Shown: positions 25,423 through 37,800, counted from the first letter of the stretch. The stretch is 64,000 bases of DNA from Lama guanicoe (GCA_013239625.1 MU054323.1:16930029-16994028), one strand, 5' to 3'. Notes: generated by a model from the letters alone, not told the origin. Numbers and translations are program-made.

Positions 25423-27135
25423 TTGTCGAAAGTTGAGTTTGTGAATTCCAGGGACGCATTCTCTAGTAACGGCGATGACGATGATGCTCACCGGAGGCTG
25501 CAATCTCTCCCCATGAACAGAGCATCTTGGGTTTAACTCTCCAGCATCATTTCAGCCCAAGGGTGGAGTATTATACTGAGGAACCACATCCGTGTAATTT
25601 GAACCTGTCTCCAGACACGTGGAAGACTTTCTAAGACCACCACAGGGCTGGGCACTGCACTTTGAGAACTGCTTCTAGGGCATTCTCTCAGAGGAGCCTT
25701 TAGCCATGCAGGGAGTGGAAGGCAGGGACAAAACTGCCCTGGCCAGGAAAAAGTGAGGCTTATCCTGTTATCTGGGCAACTCTGGCCTCCTCAGGTAACT
25801 CACATCCTCCAGGAATTGTGAGCCTCCACTGGGTATTACAAAGAAACTTCTGATTAGCTGACACACTTAAGGTATGTAGGCACCTGTGGTTGCTACCGTA
25901 CTCCTCCCACGGGCTTACCTTTTTAAAGCGCTGGAAGATTCATGGGAATTTCAGATGCTGTAGCGACTTAAAGGGGAAAAAACTAGGCCTCAGCAGTGTC
26001 CCCCGGCTCCATTACCATGAGGGAGCTGTATCTGAGGGTATTCCAACCCTCCTTGAGCCACACATTAAAGCAAGGAAGTCCAAATCTTGAGTCTGAGCTG
26101 GCAACTGAAGGAAGGGACCTAGAATCAGCATAGCAGTCAGAATCTGCTTGAGGGCGGCACTGTTGAAATTAAAAGGAACAATTGTATCTGGAGCAGCCTC
26201 TCTACACACTTGTTCCCCTGTGGCAACTGTGATGTTCAGATTAAGGCTCTGTATACTGGGAGGCGAGGATGAGGGGAAAGAGGAAGAGGAGGGAAGTTCC
26301 CCTTTCAGGCACAGCTGGATGTGAGAGATTTCCCAGGTGATCTGTTGACTGCAAGGAAAATGAACACCTTCCAAACAGACTGCCTTCCTCCCTGGGAACC
26401 TGAGGGCGTGTAACCTCTCAGAGAAATTCCCTGAAGCTTTGGCTCTGCAGGAAATTCCTGGCTACTCTCCAGGAGATGCAATCGCTGCAGAAGGAAACTC
26501 GAAGGCTGGACGAGGGCAGGGCAGGCCCAGCCCTTCATCTCTCCCAGGCAAGTCCAGACTGCAAGCCTTGTTTGCTTTGGGACTGCAGTTCTGCTTGGAA
26601 GTGAGATCTGGAGGAAAGTCCCAGACAAGAAAGAAAGCCTCTCTCCCTGGAAGACCTGTCAGCTTTAAATCACCCTGAGGAATTGTGGGTGGAGGCCCGA
26701 CCTGACACCCTTAAAGCAGCTGCAAATAAAGGATGCAGAGACCGTGTTGAGGGCAAGTGAAAAAGAAGTTAGTCAAAATGAAGAACAGAACATCCATGTC
26801 TGGAGTGTTTCTATAGCATCTGTTGCTTGGATGGGAGCCTGTGTTCCCTCCAGGATAATGTCTGGAAGCCTCCAGAACGTGTTATCCATCAGGCTGCCTG
26901 GCCTGACACTATTCTTTAAGGCCAGATTCTTTCTGCCCGAGACCCTCTAGCATCACTGGATTGGGTCCTCAGTATAGACCATTTGAATTTTCAGTGGAAA
27001 ACATGGAAACCATGCTTGCTTTACAACCAAGGGCTTGTTAATAGTTAAATACAGCTCTCGGGTTTGATGGACTGGTTCCTGTTTTGCTTTGCCCATTTTG
27101 CTCTGTTTTTGGCTTTCTTCTTGTTTTACCAGAAA

Positions 27136-27471
27136 TGTAGGACCACTGACCTATAGAGCAGAAGTGCTGACCTGGACAATGTAATGACCACACTCCGATG
27201 CTGGCAAGGCGCCTCGTGATTAATGTACAGGACCCCGAAGACAGAAGAGCAGCCCACCCCGGCACGGAGCCAGCAGCTGTTTCCTGCTTCACGTCTCATG
27301 TAAATCCTGACTAAGCCTTGGGGAGTGGAGGGTTGATGCTTTCGGACAGGAGGCCGCTTTCTCCCCAGGATGCCAGCTTCCTTAAAAGAAAGCTATCTTT
27401 CCTTTACCCACCATTTGTCTCTCAGTATTGGCTTCTTGAGTGACTAGCAGCCGAGCCTGAGTTGAGTAACA
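27136..27471 (+). mobile_element. MER34/MER39-like ERV1 solo LTR
   Basis: TG...CA ends; the 3' terminus TATTGGCTTCTTGAGTGACTAGCAGCCGAGCCTGAGTTGAGTAACA resembles MER34-group LTRs. No TSD recognised. Confidence 0.65.
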
Positions 27472-28729
27472 TCAGCCATCAGCTCTGAGGACTAGCTCTT
27501 GGTGGCCTAATTCTTCATTATCACAAACACAGCCACGATGAAGAGCAATGGAGAACAATCGACAGTCCCAAACACTGCTGGTCGACGGCTATTGTTGGTC
27601 TCTGGAACTGCCCAGAACAGGTACCCAAGCCAGAGGCCGAAGACCTGAGGCCCAGGACCCACTATAAAGGAAGGGAGCAAAAATGCCTATTTATTACCCT
27701 CACTCTTCAGACTTCGATGTTTGCTCCAACCTTTCTATGTCCCATGCGGAAAAGGGAAGGTGAGCTGTTTTGCACTAATTCCTCCAAGTCTTCTGACTCT
27801 GCAGCACAAGGAAAACTTACGAAGCAAGAGACCACACCCTCCCTGCGTTGAGCTCAGTGGAAGATGAACTCAGCTGCCTGCACCATCCTCTTCATGGCAC
27901 AGCTGCAGGACAGCGTCAGCTGCATTGGTTTGGAAACCCTTCAAAGTGGACCGAGCCCCTCAGACTGGTTTTAGCACTGTTGTTATTCTTAACCCCTTCT
28001 GCAGGGAGAGGGCAGGTCATGAAGGCTGCAGTTGTAGGCTTTGAGCAGATGAACAAATCAAGACGGTGGCACTGCCAGTTACAGGCGGGATGCATTAGGT
28101 GACTAGGCCTTCCCCGTTTCCTGGGCACTCCTCTAGCACAGACATGTATTGTGCTAGGAGGAAAATTGCAACAGAGTTTGGCTCATTTGCCACTAAGGCA
28201 ACACCTACAAGATCAGCTGCAGTGAAGATGAGAAGTGAGGCCAAGAAAAATCTGATCATATAAACAATTTGAGAGCTTCCAGTTAAACCTGACTTGTAGG
28301 GCCAGCATCACACTTTATGGTCAGTCCTCCACTCTCAGCAAAGAAAAGGGCCTTCTGGTTTGTTATTTTCTCTCTCTAGTCTTTTCATATTTCTGGTGCC
28401 TAGTAAGGTGCCTGGAGCATGACGGGCATTTAGTTAACATTGGCCAAATCAATTCAGAAGGAGACACTCAGGGGAAGCTGCAAGGCTGTTTGGAAAATGG
28501 CCTTTCTGTTGGATGGACAATGCCCTAGAAAAAGGAGGAGCTCCTGGATGGGACCTGGCATACATCAAACCCTTCCCCAGGGGCAGTCCAGGGGTGGCTT
28601 TTGGTGGACTCTGAACATTCTGGGGCTGGAGTCCACAAGAACTTCTCGTCATGGAGGGAAATTCTACAACTAGATCTGGAGAGAAGGGGGTTAGAACCTC
28701 TTGCTAAAGTCAGAGTGGGAGAAGTACAG

Positions 28730-28945
28730 CTAGGCCTTGGACCCGGTTGTAAATATCACTTCTGCCACTGCTAACAATGTGATCTCAGGCAAGTTACTTA
28801 GTATCTCCAGGCCTCAGTTTCCTCATCTGTAAAACTAAATTAACAATAGTACCTACTTCATAGAATCAATGTGATGATTAAATTAGACAGCACATGGAAA
28901 GAGTGCAGCAACTGTGTGGCACATAATTGATGCTCAACAAATGAC
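28730..28945 (+). mobile_element. MIR SINE, near full length
   Basis: GGCAAGTTACTTAGTATCTCCAGGCCTCAGTTTCCTCATCTGTAAAA...TAGTACCTACTTCATAG...TGCTCAACAAATG. Confidence 0.9.
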
Positions 28946-30539
28946 CCACTGATGTGCTGTTGGTCTGAGGTGGGAGGGGCACAACATCACTCTGACAGCC
29001 ATCGCCTATTGACCAGGAGGACAGAGAAAAAAGCAATGCTGCCTATAAAATTCCCCACACCTCTTTCCCTCTGCTTAACCCTGACTTCGTTCCTTCTTGC
29101 TTGTCTACCTGCTGCTCCCACATTAATGTAAAGCTCACTGAGGACACAGATTATGACCCAGTGGTCAGCAGAGTCTTTCTACATTGGTAATTAGTCAATA
29201 AATATTTGTGTGTAGACTCATGGATATTTTTCCAACTGACTGGTTGAATATGACTTCTGATGCTTATGGGTATCAGGACCCAGGAAATATATAGTCTAAG
29301 ATGGGAGAAACGTGGGTTTAATATTTCCTAACATTTCTGCTTACCTGCCACCTATTTTTTTTTTAAGGCATTAAATCCAAAATCTTTAGATCTTGCTGCT
29401 TTGCATGACTGGGTTAGGTTGCATATGAGAATTATGCAAAGCAAAAAAAATACATCATACCAATTTGCATCTCAATTTCTGTTCCTCTCAAAAGCCACCA
29501 AGTCTCTCGGCAATAATCATGCGCAAGGCAAAGAAATTAAGAACTCTGGCTGGGAAGACATTAAATGAGTCTCTGGAACGTAGTACAAGACATATCCAAG
29601 GGTCTGTCCTTCTCCTAGATTTCTTTCTGGCCCTGCCACAGGAGAGCAAGAACTCCCAGGGAAATTTCCTCTCGAATAATGAGAGACGATACATTCAAAT
29701 CATGTTACAAATCGCTGCTTGGTACTGTGGGTTCATCATACTCTAGGTCAGATCATGTCCCTGTGCACAGTGGTGTGTGCAAAGCATTACTCCAGATAAC
29801 AACAAAAACCTATAATGTAGAGTTTCTAAGGCACAGAGTCCCACAGTAATAAAAAATCAAGGCCCAAATAACCCAGGAGTTCTCTTTATCCTCTTTCATC
29901 AGCATTCCAGGCAATGTCTGCAGCCCTTCTCCCTTCCAGTCTCTCAGGAAACATAGTGATAATGAGAGCTTGGGGAGGGCAGGTGGTAGATGAATCTGAG
30001 TAGGTTATTACGGTCCAAGGTTGTTGTATTAAAAAGATGAGTCTGATTGAAAAAGAAACAAATGGCCCAGCCTGACTTATGATGGCTCTGAAGGAATTTG
30101 AATTCCAAAGTAGGACTTTGTTTGTTTTTGTTTGTTTTCACAGAGCAGTAAGACTAGGAAAGTTTTCTCAGTACTATCTGTAGATTTACTGCTTGGAGGA
30201 GAAAGACTCTGAATCAATGATGGGAACTCCCCCTCTCATGGGGAGTGTGTCTCTGTCTTCAGTGAAGCCTCAGAGCCTCTAAACAAGGCTTTGTCTGCCC
30301 AGTGGGCACGACAGGGCGGTCACCATTCCCGTTTCAAGTCATTTCCTCTGGGAAGCCCCCCTCAGCTGACTCCCTCCAGCTTGGTGGCCCAGATCACTTT
30401 AGGAAGCTCTTAACCTCTACCCATCAGAACACGAGGCCCAGAGTCTCCCTTCAAATATTTCACCCGTAGTCTCCACAATTAGATGGTTGGAAAGAACAGC
30501 CAGGATAAACATTCCTGGAATAACAATAAATTCGCTTTG

Positions 30540-30847
30540 CCAAGTCCCTCACCTCCTCCACGCCCGCCTTCTCGGTGGGGCCTTCTCAGATGTGTGCATT
30601 AAAACTGCAACTAGCCCAGCCCAACCCCACCCCCAGTACTCCCTAGCTCCTGCCCCTGCTTCATTTTTCACCACAGAACTCACTACCTTTGACATCATTT
30701 ACTTTCTACTTATGTGTTTACCATCTCCTTCCATCAGACTGTAAGCTCCGAGAAGGCAGGGATTTTTGTCTTATTCACGGGATTCCCAGTACCAAGAACA
30801 ATATGCAGCACAGAGAAGGCACTCAATAAATATTATTTTTTGAATAA
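30540..30847 (+). mobile_element. L2a 3' end
   Basis: AGACTGTAAGCTCCGAGAAGGCAGGGATTTTTGTC...GGCACTCAATAAATATT...TGAATAAA. Confidence 0.85.
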
Positions 30848-31594
30848 AGGCCTGCCGACGGCCAAAGGCTTTGTACTGATCGCAGCCTCCAAGCCAACTC
30901 CACAAGTGAATGCTGGCCTCTCAGGGAACCTAAGTGTCCTCTCAGGGATGGGCTGGGTCACCTCTGCCCTTGGGGGAAGGCTGCCTCTCAGGAGGTATTT
31001 CAGTGGCTGCTGGGTTAGTGGGTGGAGTCACTCTGCCTGGTCAGAAGCTCAGAGTATGTAGTATGGTTTTTTTCCTTCTGTTTCTTTCTTAAGCCCCAGT
31101 TGGTAAAAGAGCCAGACGCTGCCCTCCTCCTCCTCCTGTCTTCTCCCTGTTGGACTTGCTTCTGTCAAGAAGGCTGCAGAAAGAAGTCAGTCTGAGCCTG
31201 AAGCTCGATGCCCTGGAGTAATGGCCGGAGCCCACCTTCCTATTCTCACTGGGAGCCAGAGCTCCAGCAGTCACAGTTCTTAGTTGAACAACAGAAATTC
31301 TAACCGGCTAATTTAAGTAGAAAAGATACTTATTGAAGAATGTTAGTCGTCCACCAGTTCCAGCAGCTCTTCATCTCGGCCGTCACTTCTCCATCTCCTT
31401 GGAGCCTCCGCCATCCCTGGTTCCCTGACCGCCTTATTACCCCCTGCCCCTGCCACCCACTCTGCTTTCATCTGCTTTCTTCCACTCCTGTCTGGCCCCT
31501 GGCCCCCTACTTTGCTCTTGGTTGACCCAAGAACTCTTCTCTAGGAACCTTGACTCCAAAGTGGGCAAAGTTCCCTTCATACCTAGAAGGAGGC

Positions 31595-31695
31595 TGTGGT
31601 TGCACAAATAGTGAATGCAACAAATGCCACCGAACTGAATACTTTAAAATAGTTCGTTGTATTTATGTGAATTTCACCCCCTCCCCAAAATAAAT
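31595..31695 (+). mobile_element. L1MB-like 3' terminus
   Basis: GGTTGCACAAATAGTGAATGCAACAAATGCCACCGAACTGAATACTTTAAAATAGTT...GTGAATTTCACC. Confidence 0.75.
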
Positions 31696-32038
31696 CCCTT
31701 CACCCTAAACCTGTTTTTCTGACTCCATTCTCTTACCTCTATTATTCACCAAAACCTGGCACTCCCTTGAAGAACACACTGTATCTGCTGATACACCTAG
31801 TCCCCATCTTAATTTGAGCCCTTTCCCTATTCAATAAAAAGTCTTAAATATGACATCCAAGAACACCCGCATAGAAGGACTGTGAAAATATCTGCAAAAC
31901 TTTAAACATTGTACATAGATTTTTAAATATTTTGAAGTGGTCTGTGATCTCCAAAAATATTAATGTAAAACACTATGCAAAAAAGAGGAGAAAATTGATG
32001 TATATTTGCACACATATATGCATAGACTATATCTAGGG

Positions 32039-32215
32039 CAGTGGTTCTCGAATTTCAGTGTGCACCAGAATCACCAGGAGGACTTGTCAAAACAGATCTC
32101 TGGGCACCACCCCTGAAGTTTCTTTTTCAGTAAGCTTGGGGTGGGGCCTGAGAATGTGTGCATTTCTAGCAAGCTCCCAGGTGATTATTTTACTGCTAGT
32201 CCAGGGACCACAAGG
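32039..32215. mobile_element. MER5A, apparently inserted into an old L1 3' end (about 31980-32400)
   Basis: CAGTGGTTCTCGAATTTCAGTGTGCACCAGAATCACCAGGAGG...GGGGTGGGGCCTGAGAAT...CTCCCAGGTGAT...CCAGGGACCACA. Confidence 0.85.
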
Positions 32216-32795
32216 CTCTTGAGAGACACATAAAAACTGTTAATATAATTACCTAGGGAAAGCAGGGGGTAAGGGGAGACTTTGTTGGCTGGGAGCAAGG
32301 GTGGAAGGAATTTTCTCTGTACACCTTTTTTGTATCGTTTGAATTTCTGTCTATGTGAATATATTTCCTACTTACAGCAAACCCGAAATTGAAAAAAAGA
32401 AGGAAAGTAAAATATCACTACCTTAAACCTGCTCCCCTCCCTCAACCACATGAGAAGGGAAAGAGACCAGCTTTCTTTACACCCCTAGTGACTCTGTGAG
32501 AAGGTCGCTGCCCTGCCCTACCGCTTCCCATTTGTATGCTGTGCATCCACTCCTGTTACTTTATTCAAATAACCCCTGTTGCTGGGTACCAGAACCCATT
32601 TCCACCTTCCAACAGGAAGCCTAATGGTGTTCAAATTTTTCCTCTCAGGCCCACCAGGGTTCACTGTTCTCAGAGGCTTTCAGAAGTTATCGGATTCATC
32701 AGTCTCTGCATCTCTCATGTCTGCAACCTTGGAGCACTGCATAAACCTCCCTCTCCTTCCCACAGCAGCCCCAGACCACCAACGACCAGTCTCAT

Positions 32796-33155
32796 TGTTA
32801 CGGAAATGACAGGCCAGTCAAGAAACAAGCACCACTCGGAGGGTTGGAGTACTTAGATGTATTACGCCAGCGGGCTCAGAGGGGCTTCTGCTCTGAAGCT
32901 CTGAGCACCTCCAAGACGTGCGCATGAGGTTTTATAGGGTAAAGTACAAGCTTGGGGTATTCGGACCAGCTGGCTAAAAACATAAACAGCAAACCAACAC
33001 CAATTAACTTAGATTTATAAGTTAGTCCAGCAGAACTCAGATCAGTATTCCAGTACTTAGACTTGTGAGTTATCATGTTAGCCCAGCCCAGCCTCTCCTT
33101 CACATTCCTAGACTTGTGAGTTATCTTGTTAGACCAGCCCGGTTTTTCCTTCACA
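32796..33155 (-). mobile_element. ERV1-class solo LTR, 360 bp, 4-bp TSD TCAT
   Basis: TG...CA termini; TCAT at 32792-32795 and 33156-33159; on the minus strand a TATA box (CTATAAAA) and an AATACA poly(A)-signal variant; internal direct repeat with a 51-bp period. Confidence 0.85.
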
Positions 33156-33159
33156 TCAT

Positions 33160-33860
33160 CACTAACTTCTCCAATCACAGCCCAGTGTCTCCGTTCTGTT
33201 AGCCCTCTGTGGCCTCACTCAAATCCTTGTCAGGTACCAATGTCATGGACCACCCCTCCACTCTGTCCTAATGCCTAGACTCCTTTGTCCCTCATTCTTA
33301 TCTGATGCTAGTGTCCTGTCTGGGACTCCCCCACCACTCACTTACCAAGTATTATTAATTCTCATCTCATAGGATCAGCACTGATCAAGGTATTTTATAT
33401 ATCCTATAAATTTGATCATGATTATATTTTTCCCAGCTAATCTCCCCAATTTCAGTCTCTTTGTATTAGCCCACAATCTACTTTTGACTGTTTAAGTTCA
33501 CTACTCAAAAATTTTCAATAAATCCTTACTACTGCAGATCAAAATACAAATTTCTTAGCTTAGATTTCAAAGTCCCTCCACTGTGTAGGCCCTAATCTCT
33601 ATTCCCGGGCTTATCTGTTACTCCCCGAGAATCCATTTATTCTACCTGCCACTCCCCAAACACACTGGATACCTTCCCACCTCTGCCACCAGCTCTCTCT
33701 GGAATTCTTCCCACCCCATCAAAATTCTATCCAGCTTATAAAGTCTATGTCAAATATCTGGGTATATTTTATTGCCCCTACTGGATTGTATATTTCTTGA
33801 AAACAAGTACATTGTCTTGCACATTTACGTGTTTCTCATAGCACTTTCCCTATGTTGGGG
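33160..33860 (+). mobile_element. L2 fragment, probably interrupted upstream by the solo LTR
   Basis: ACTACTCAAAAATTTTCAATAAATCC...CTTAGCTTAGATTTCAAAGTCCCTCCAC...CTGGATTGTATATTTCTTGA. Confidence 0.6.
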
Positions 33861-33869
33861 AAAGGAAAG

Positions 33870-34060
33870 AAGTTAGCATTTATTGAGCACCTCCTGTGTG
33901 ACAGAGGCTGGAAATCACTTTACATATGTTGTCTCATTAAATCCTAACAGTGACTCTATTTAATAAGAAGTATTTTCTAATCCGATCAGTGATGAAACTG
34001 AGGCTCAATGGAGTGATTTGCTCAAGGTCAAAAAAGAGCCAAAATCTGAACCTAAGATAT
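33870..34060 (-). mobile_element. MIR
   Basis: AGCATTTATTGAGCACCT...TCTCATTAAATCCTAACA...GAAACTGAGGCTCA...TTTGCTCAAGGTCA. Confidence 0.85.
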
Positions 34061-34089
34061 GCCTAATAAATACATTCAAGGAAAGAATT

Positions 34090-34805
34090 ATTGATGCTCA
34101 CAAAAGGCCAATCACAAAAGAAATACAAATGGCTGAAAAACACATGGAAAAATTCAGCCTTATCAGCTGTCTAAGAAAATAAAACAAAGATGAAATGGTG
34201 TTTATTGCAACCAAATTAAAAGTTATCACACATCCAGTAATATGTTGGCAAGGGTTGGGGAACAGGGATTTCTTGCGCTACTGGTAGAAACAAAAATTGG
34301 ATCATCTCTAGAAGGCAATCTGGCCTTTAGAAATATGCGGAGCTTTTGACCTAATTAACTCCACTTCTAGAAATATATCCTAAGGAAGCAGAAAGACATA
34401 CATAAAATCATTTATAATTAAGGATGTTCATCTTGCCATAAAAAAAAACAGAAACAAACTCAATGTCCAACAAACAGCATTTATTAAATATTCTGTGCCC
34501 ACATCTACCATGGAACCCAGTATAGCAGTAAAAAATCATAGTATAAAAAGATACGTAATGAAGTGGTTATGTTCTCACGATGTATTAAGTGAAAACACAA
34601 ACTGAGTTAACAAAGCAGCATTGTGATATGATGCATTATGTTTAGAAGATGTGACTATAAGAGGACTCAAAGGATCTGTTCTAAGATGTTTAATGGTGGT
34701 TATCTCTGAGTAGAGTGATTATAAGTGGATTTTATTTTCATTGCGCTTGTTTGTATTTTCAAACATTCCACATTGAGTGTATATTACTTTTATAATATAA
34801 AAAAT
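34090..34805 (+). mobile_element. Ancient L1ME/L1MC ORF2 end and 3' UTR
   Basis: AAAGAAATACAAATGGCTGAAAAACACATGGAAAAATTC...CCACTTCTAGAAATATATCCTAAGGAA...GGTGGTTATCTCTGAG...A-rich end. Confidence 0.8.
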
Positions 34806-35159
34806 TGGGGAGGGTACTTGTGTTGATATTAACTATGCTTCCTAGTATGAGACCCAAAAAGGCCCATCAAATACAAGGCCTGCTGAGGGAGAGGCCTCAG
34901 GGAGGGCTGCCACTGCCCACCCTTGAGATGCACACCCTTGGGTGGGGCAGGCCTCTGTCAGTAGGAAGCAGAGTGGAGGAGGGGAGGATCACATTGCTGC
35001 TGGGGCTGCTGTTGGTCAGGACAGCACCCAGGGGCCTAGGGGAGGCACTGAGGTAGTGCCCAGCCAGTGGCCAAGACCTCTGCCCACCCCTCCCAGAGCC
35101 TTCAGTATAAGAATCCACCCGAAACAGTGAAACCCAGGTGTAGACTCTATAAGATTCCA

Positions 35160-35900
35160 GGAGAAGGCGAGCGAGCACGTCCTGACCTGCCTCCTGGAAA
35201 CTTGGGTGGTTTGCGGTTAACCGCACCGCCTGAGGCGCAGGGCAGGCTTGAGGCCAAGTGAGAACTAGTGTGGGAGTAAGTCCCCAGAGTGGGAAAAAGA
35301 GTGCAGTAATCAAGACAGAGACTTAAACTGAAACTGGGTGTAGGCATTGACAGTGATGGGGGTGGAGATACAGACAGACTTCGGAGGAAAACCGGTTTTT
35401 CCACCAGGGAGCTGGAATTTTCTAGGTTTTGGGTAGCCCCCACCTGACACAGAGCCATTATTTAAAAAACACACAAAATACCAATTTTGATTGTAAGAAA
35501 ATGTCCCATCTGAAGAACACACTCATACTTGTGAAGCCCCTACCGTTGTTCTTCACAGCCGTCTTCCAAGGTAGACCCGGAACGGCGCGGCCCCCAGAGT
35601 GAAAACAAAAAACAAAAAATACCTGAGGCGTTAAAGCGAAGTTTCCACAGCTCAGTCATTTTGAAAGGTGACGCAACAGAATCTACAGTGTTAGTTTTCT
35701 GCTCAAGTGAAATTCCTAGTCCCAAACTCTGAACTTCCGTGTGGCGGTATTTTTTCAGCAAAAGCTGAAACCGTGATTTGGTAGGAGCACAGGATTTGGA
35801 AGAACCACAGGCTGCAACTCCACAGCGACCCAACCAGCAGGCAGGTTTGAGCTGCAGCCCCACATCTGAGAGAGGTGACTAACATGTGGGGCGTGGGTTC
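35160..35900. promoter_or_regulatory. Candidate enhancer/promoter (CpG-retaining, motif-dense)
   Basis: No recognised repeat; many CpGs; palindrome TGCGGTTAACCGCA; AACCGGTT (GRHL-type); CCGGAA and ACTTCCG (ETS); TGACGCAA; ARE-like ATGACTGAGC on the minus strand; several GAAA-core IRF-like sites. Confidence 0.45.
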
Positions 35901-36002
35901 CTTGTCTGTGAAGTGGAGAAGGTCACTCCTCCAACAGATAACTGGAGCACCGAGTATGTGTCAGACAGCATGCTGGGCACGAGGAGCACGATGACGAGGA
36001 CA

Positions 36003-36322
36003 CAGGGAGGGACAAACCACAGCCACAGGTTGTCTTTGTACTCTGCAGGTTAAAAAAGGGGTTTTACTTTTTTGAATTAGTGAAAAAATTAAAAGGAGGA
36101 TATTTTGCAACCTGTGAAAAATTATATAAAATTCCAGTTTCAGTGTTCACAACTAAAGTGTCGTTGGAACCCCATCCCATTCATTAGCCGCTGCAATGTC
36201 TGTGGCTGCTTCCACGCTCCCATGACACAGCTGAGCCGTCGTAAGAGAGACTGCATAGCCCACAAATCTGAAAATATTTACTATCTGGATCTTTCCAGGA
36301 AAAAAATTTGCTGACTTTCGGA
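36003..36322 (-). mobile_element. MER58B hAT-Charlie element
   Basis: ATTATATAAAATTCCAGTTTCAGTGTTCAC...GTCTGTGGCTGCTTCCACGCT...CTGAAAATATTTACTATCTGG...AAAATTTGCTGAC. Confidence 0.85.
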
Positions 36323-37566
36323 CTAAAGGAAGAAAAACAAGGTAATTACAGATTCAGAGAAGCTCTGTGAAATGAAAAAGGGCAGGGGGTGGGATTTTTC
36401 AAGGCTGTTATGAAGGTAAGGATTAAAGTGCTCTACTGCTCTATCTAGCGCAGCGTTTCCAGGTCTCACTGGGCTGCGGGTACCAATCCAGTGAAACTAA
36501 CAGATGTGTCAGAACGTCACTGGCTCCCACCTGCACCTACATGATGGGGGCCCTCCAGCCCCACTGAAGTCCTGCCGGCAGAGGCTAGGAAGGGACTTGG
36601 GTGCTCCCAGGCTGCCCTCTGGGAATACACCTGTATTCTTGCCAAGGGGGCTGCTTCCACTACACCAAAGGCTTAGGGGCCAACATGGGGTTACGCTCAC
36701 ACTCAGAGATGTGCTGCACAGGGATGGGAGGAAGGCCCGTCCTCCATTCAGTGTCCATGGGAGTCACTCTGGAACCAAAGCAGACAGCTGGGAACCCTGT
36801 CTGCATGAGGTCCTATGAAAACGACCTCCTCAGTCCCTTCCTGATGGCCTGGGAGACAAGGTCAGAGACTAGCACTGCCCTGTGTCCATGCAAACTCTCT
36901 CCGCCGCCTTCCTCTCCCCTGCGTCTGTCCTCAGCCTCCCTTCCTCCCCATGCAAACGACTCATGCAAACTGGTGCCTGTATCGACTAGTGAAGAACACA
37001 CTTTGGTTCTGTAATCTGCCGTATAATCTGTATGGTGTACAGATGGCATTTCTTAATCCACCTCCCAGGCAGCCACCCAACCCCTTCTTGATCCTACCAC
37101 AACTCCCTCGCACACAAGTATCCCGTCAAATATTTGTTGACTTGATTGGATGGAACTTGGAGCCCAGCAGTTCAGATAATCAGCCCCAGACTCCCTCGCC
37201 CCCTTGCAGGCCCTAGACTGGGGGCCACGGGGTTGGGGGAGCCCCATGCCGCAGGATCACAGCCTGCGGAGGAGGCTGCTGCCTCTGGTTGCCTGTGGGG
37301 CACGCTGACTGCCCTGACCACCAGGCTGTGGCCCTGACATTCTGCCTGGCTCTAGCCTGCCCCTGGCCCATGGGCTGAACCCTGAACCCTGTCCCCTGAC
37401 TCCTCACCCCTGCAACTCCCACCTGCACAGGCTGTGACCGGGACATCCTGCTGTGAAGGAGTCAGTTCTCCAGTTCTGTGCATCTCCCACCAAGGGCCCT
37501 GTCCCACCAACCACGACTCACTGCACCATTACTAAAACTCGCCTGGGCTTCCATGCCCACTGGACC

Positions 37567-37800
37567 TTTTTGTTTGTTTGTTTCCATATTCTTTTTCATT
37601 ATAGGTTACTACAAGATATTGAATATAGTTTCCTGTCCTATACAGAAGAAACTTACTATTTATCTATTTTATATACTAGTAGTCAGTATCTGCAAATCTT
37701 GAACTCCCAATTTATCCCTTTCTACCTCCTTCCCCCACCGGTAACCATGTGTGTTTTTTTGTACCTGTGATTCTGTTTCTTTTTTGTAAATAAGTTCATT
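37567..37800 (-). mobile_element. Artiodactyl/camelid-type L1 3' UTR fragment
   Basis: ATTCTTTTTCATTATAGGTTACTACAAGATATTGAATATAGTTTCCTG...AGTATCTGCAAATCTTGAACTCCC; related to the L1 3' UTR at 13.1-13.3 kb. Confidence 0.85.

Noticed and set aside
32876..33178. 100-aa ORF with an internal peptide repeat
   Set aside because: It reflects the 51-bp U3 duplication of the solo LTR and shows no retroviral protein similarity that I can see.
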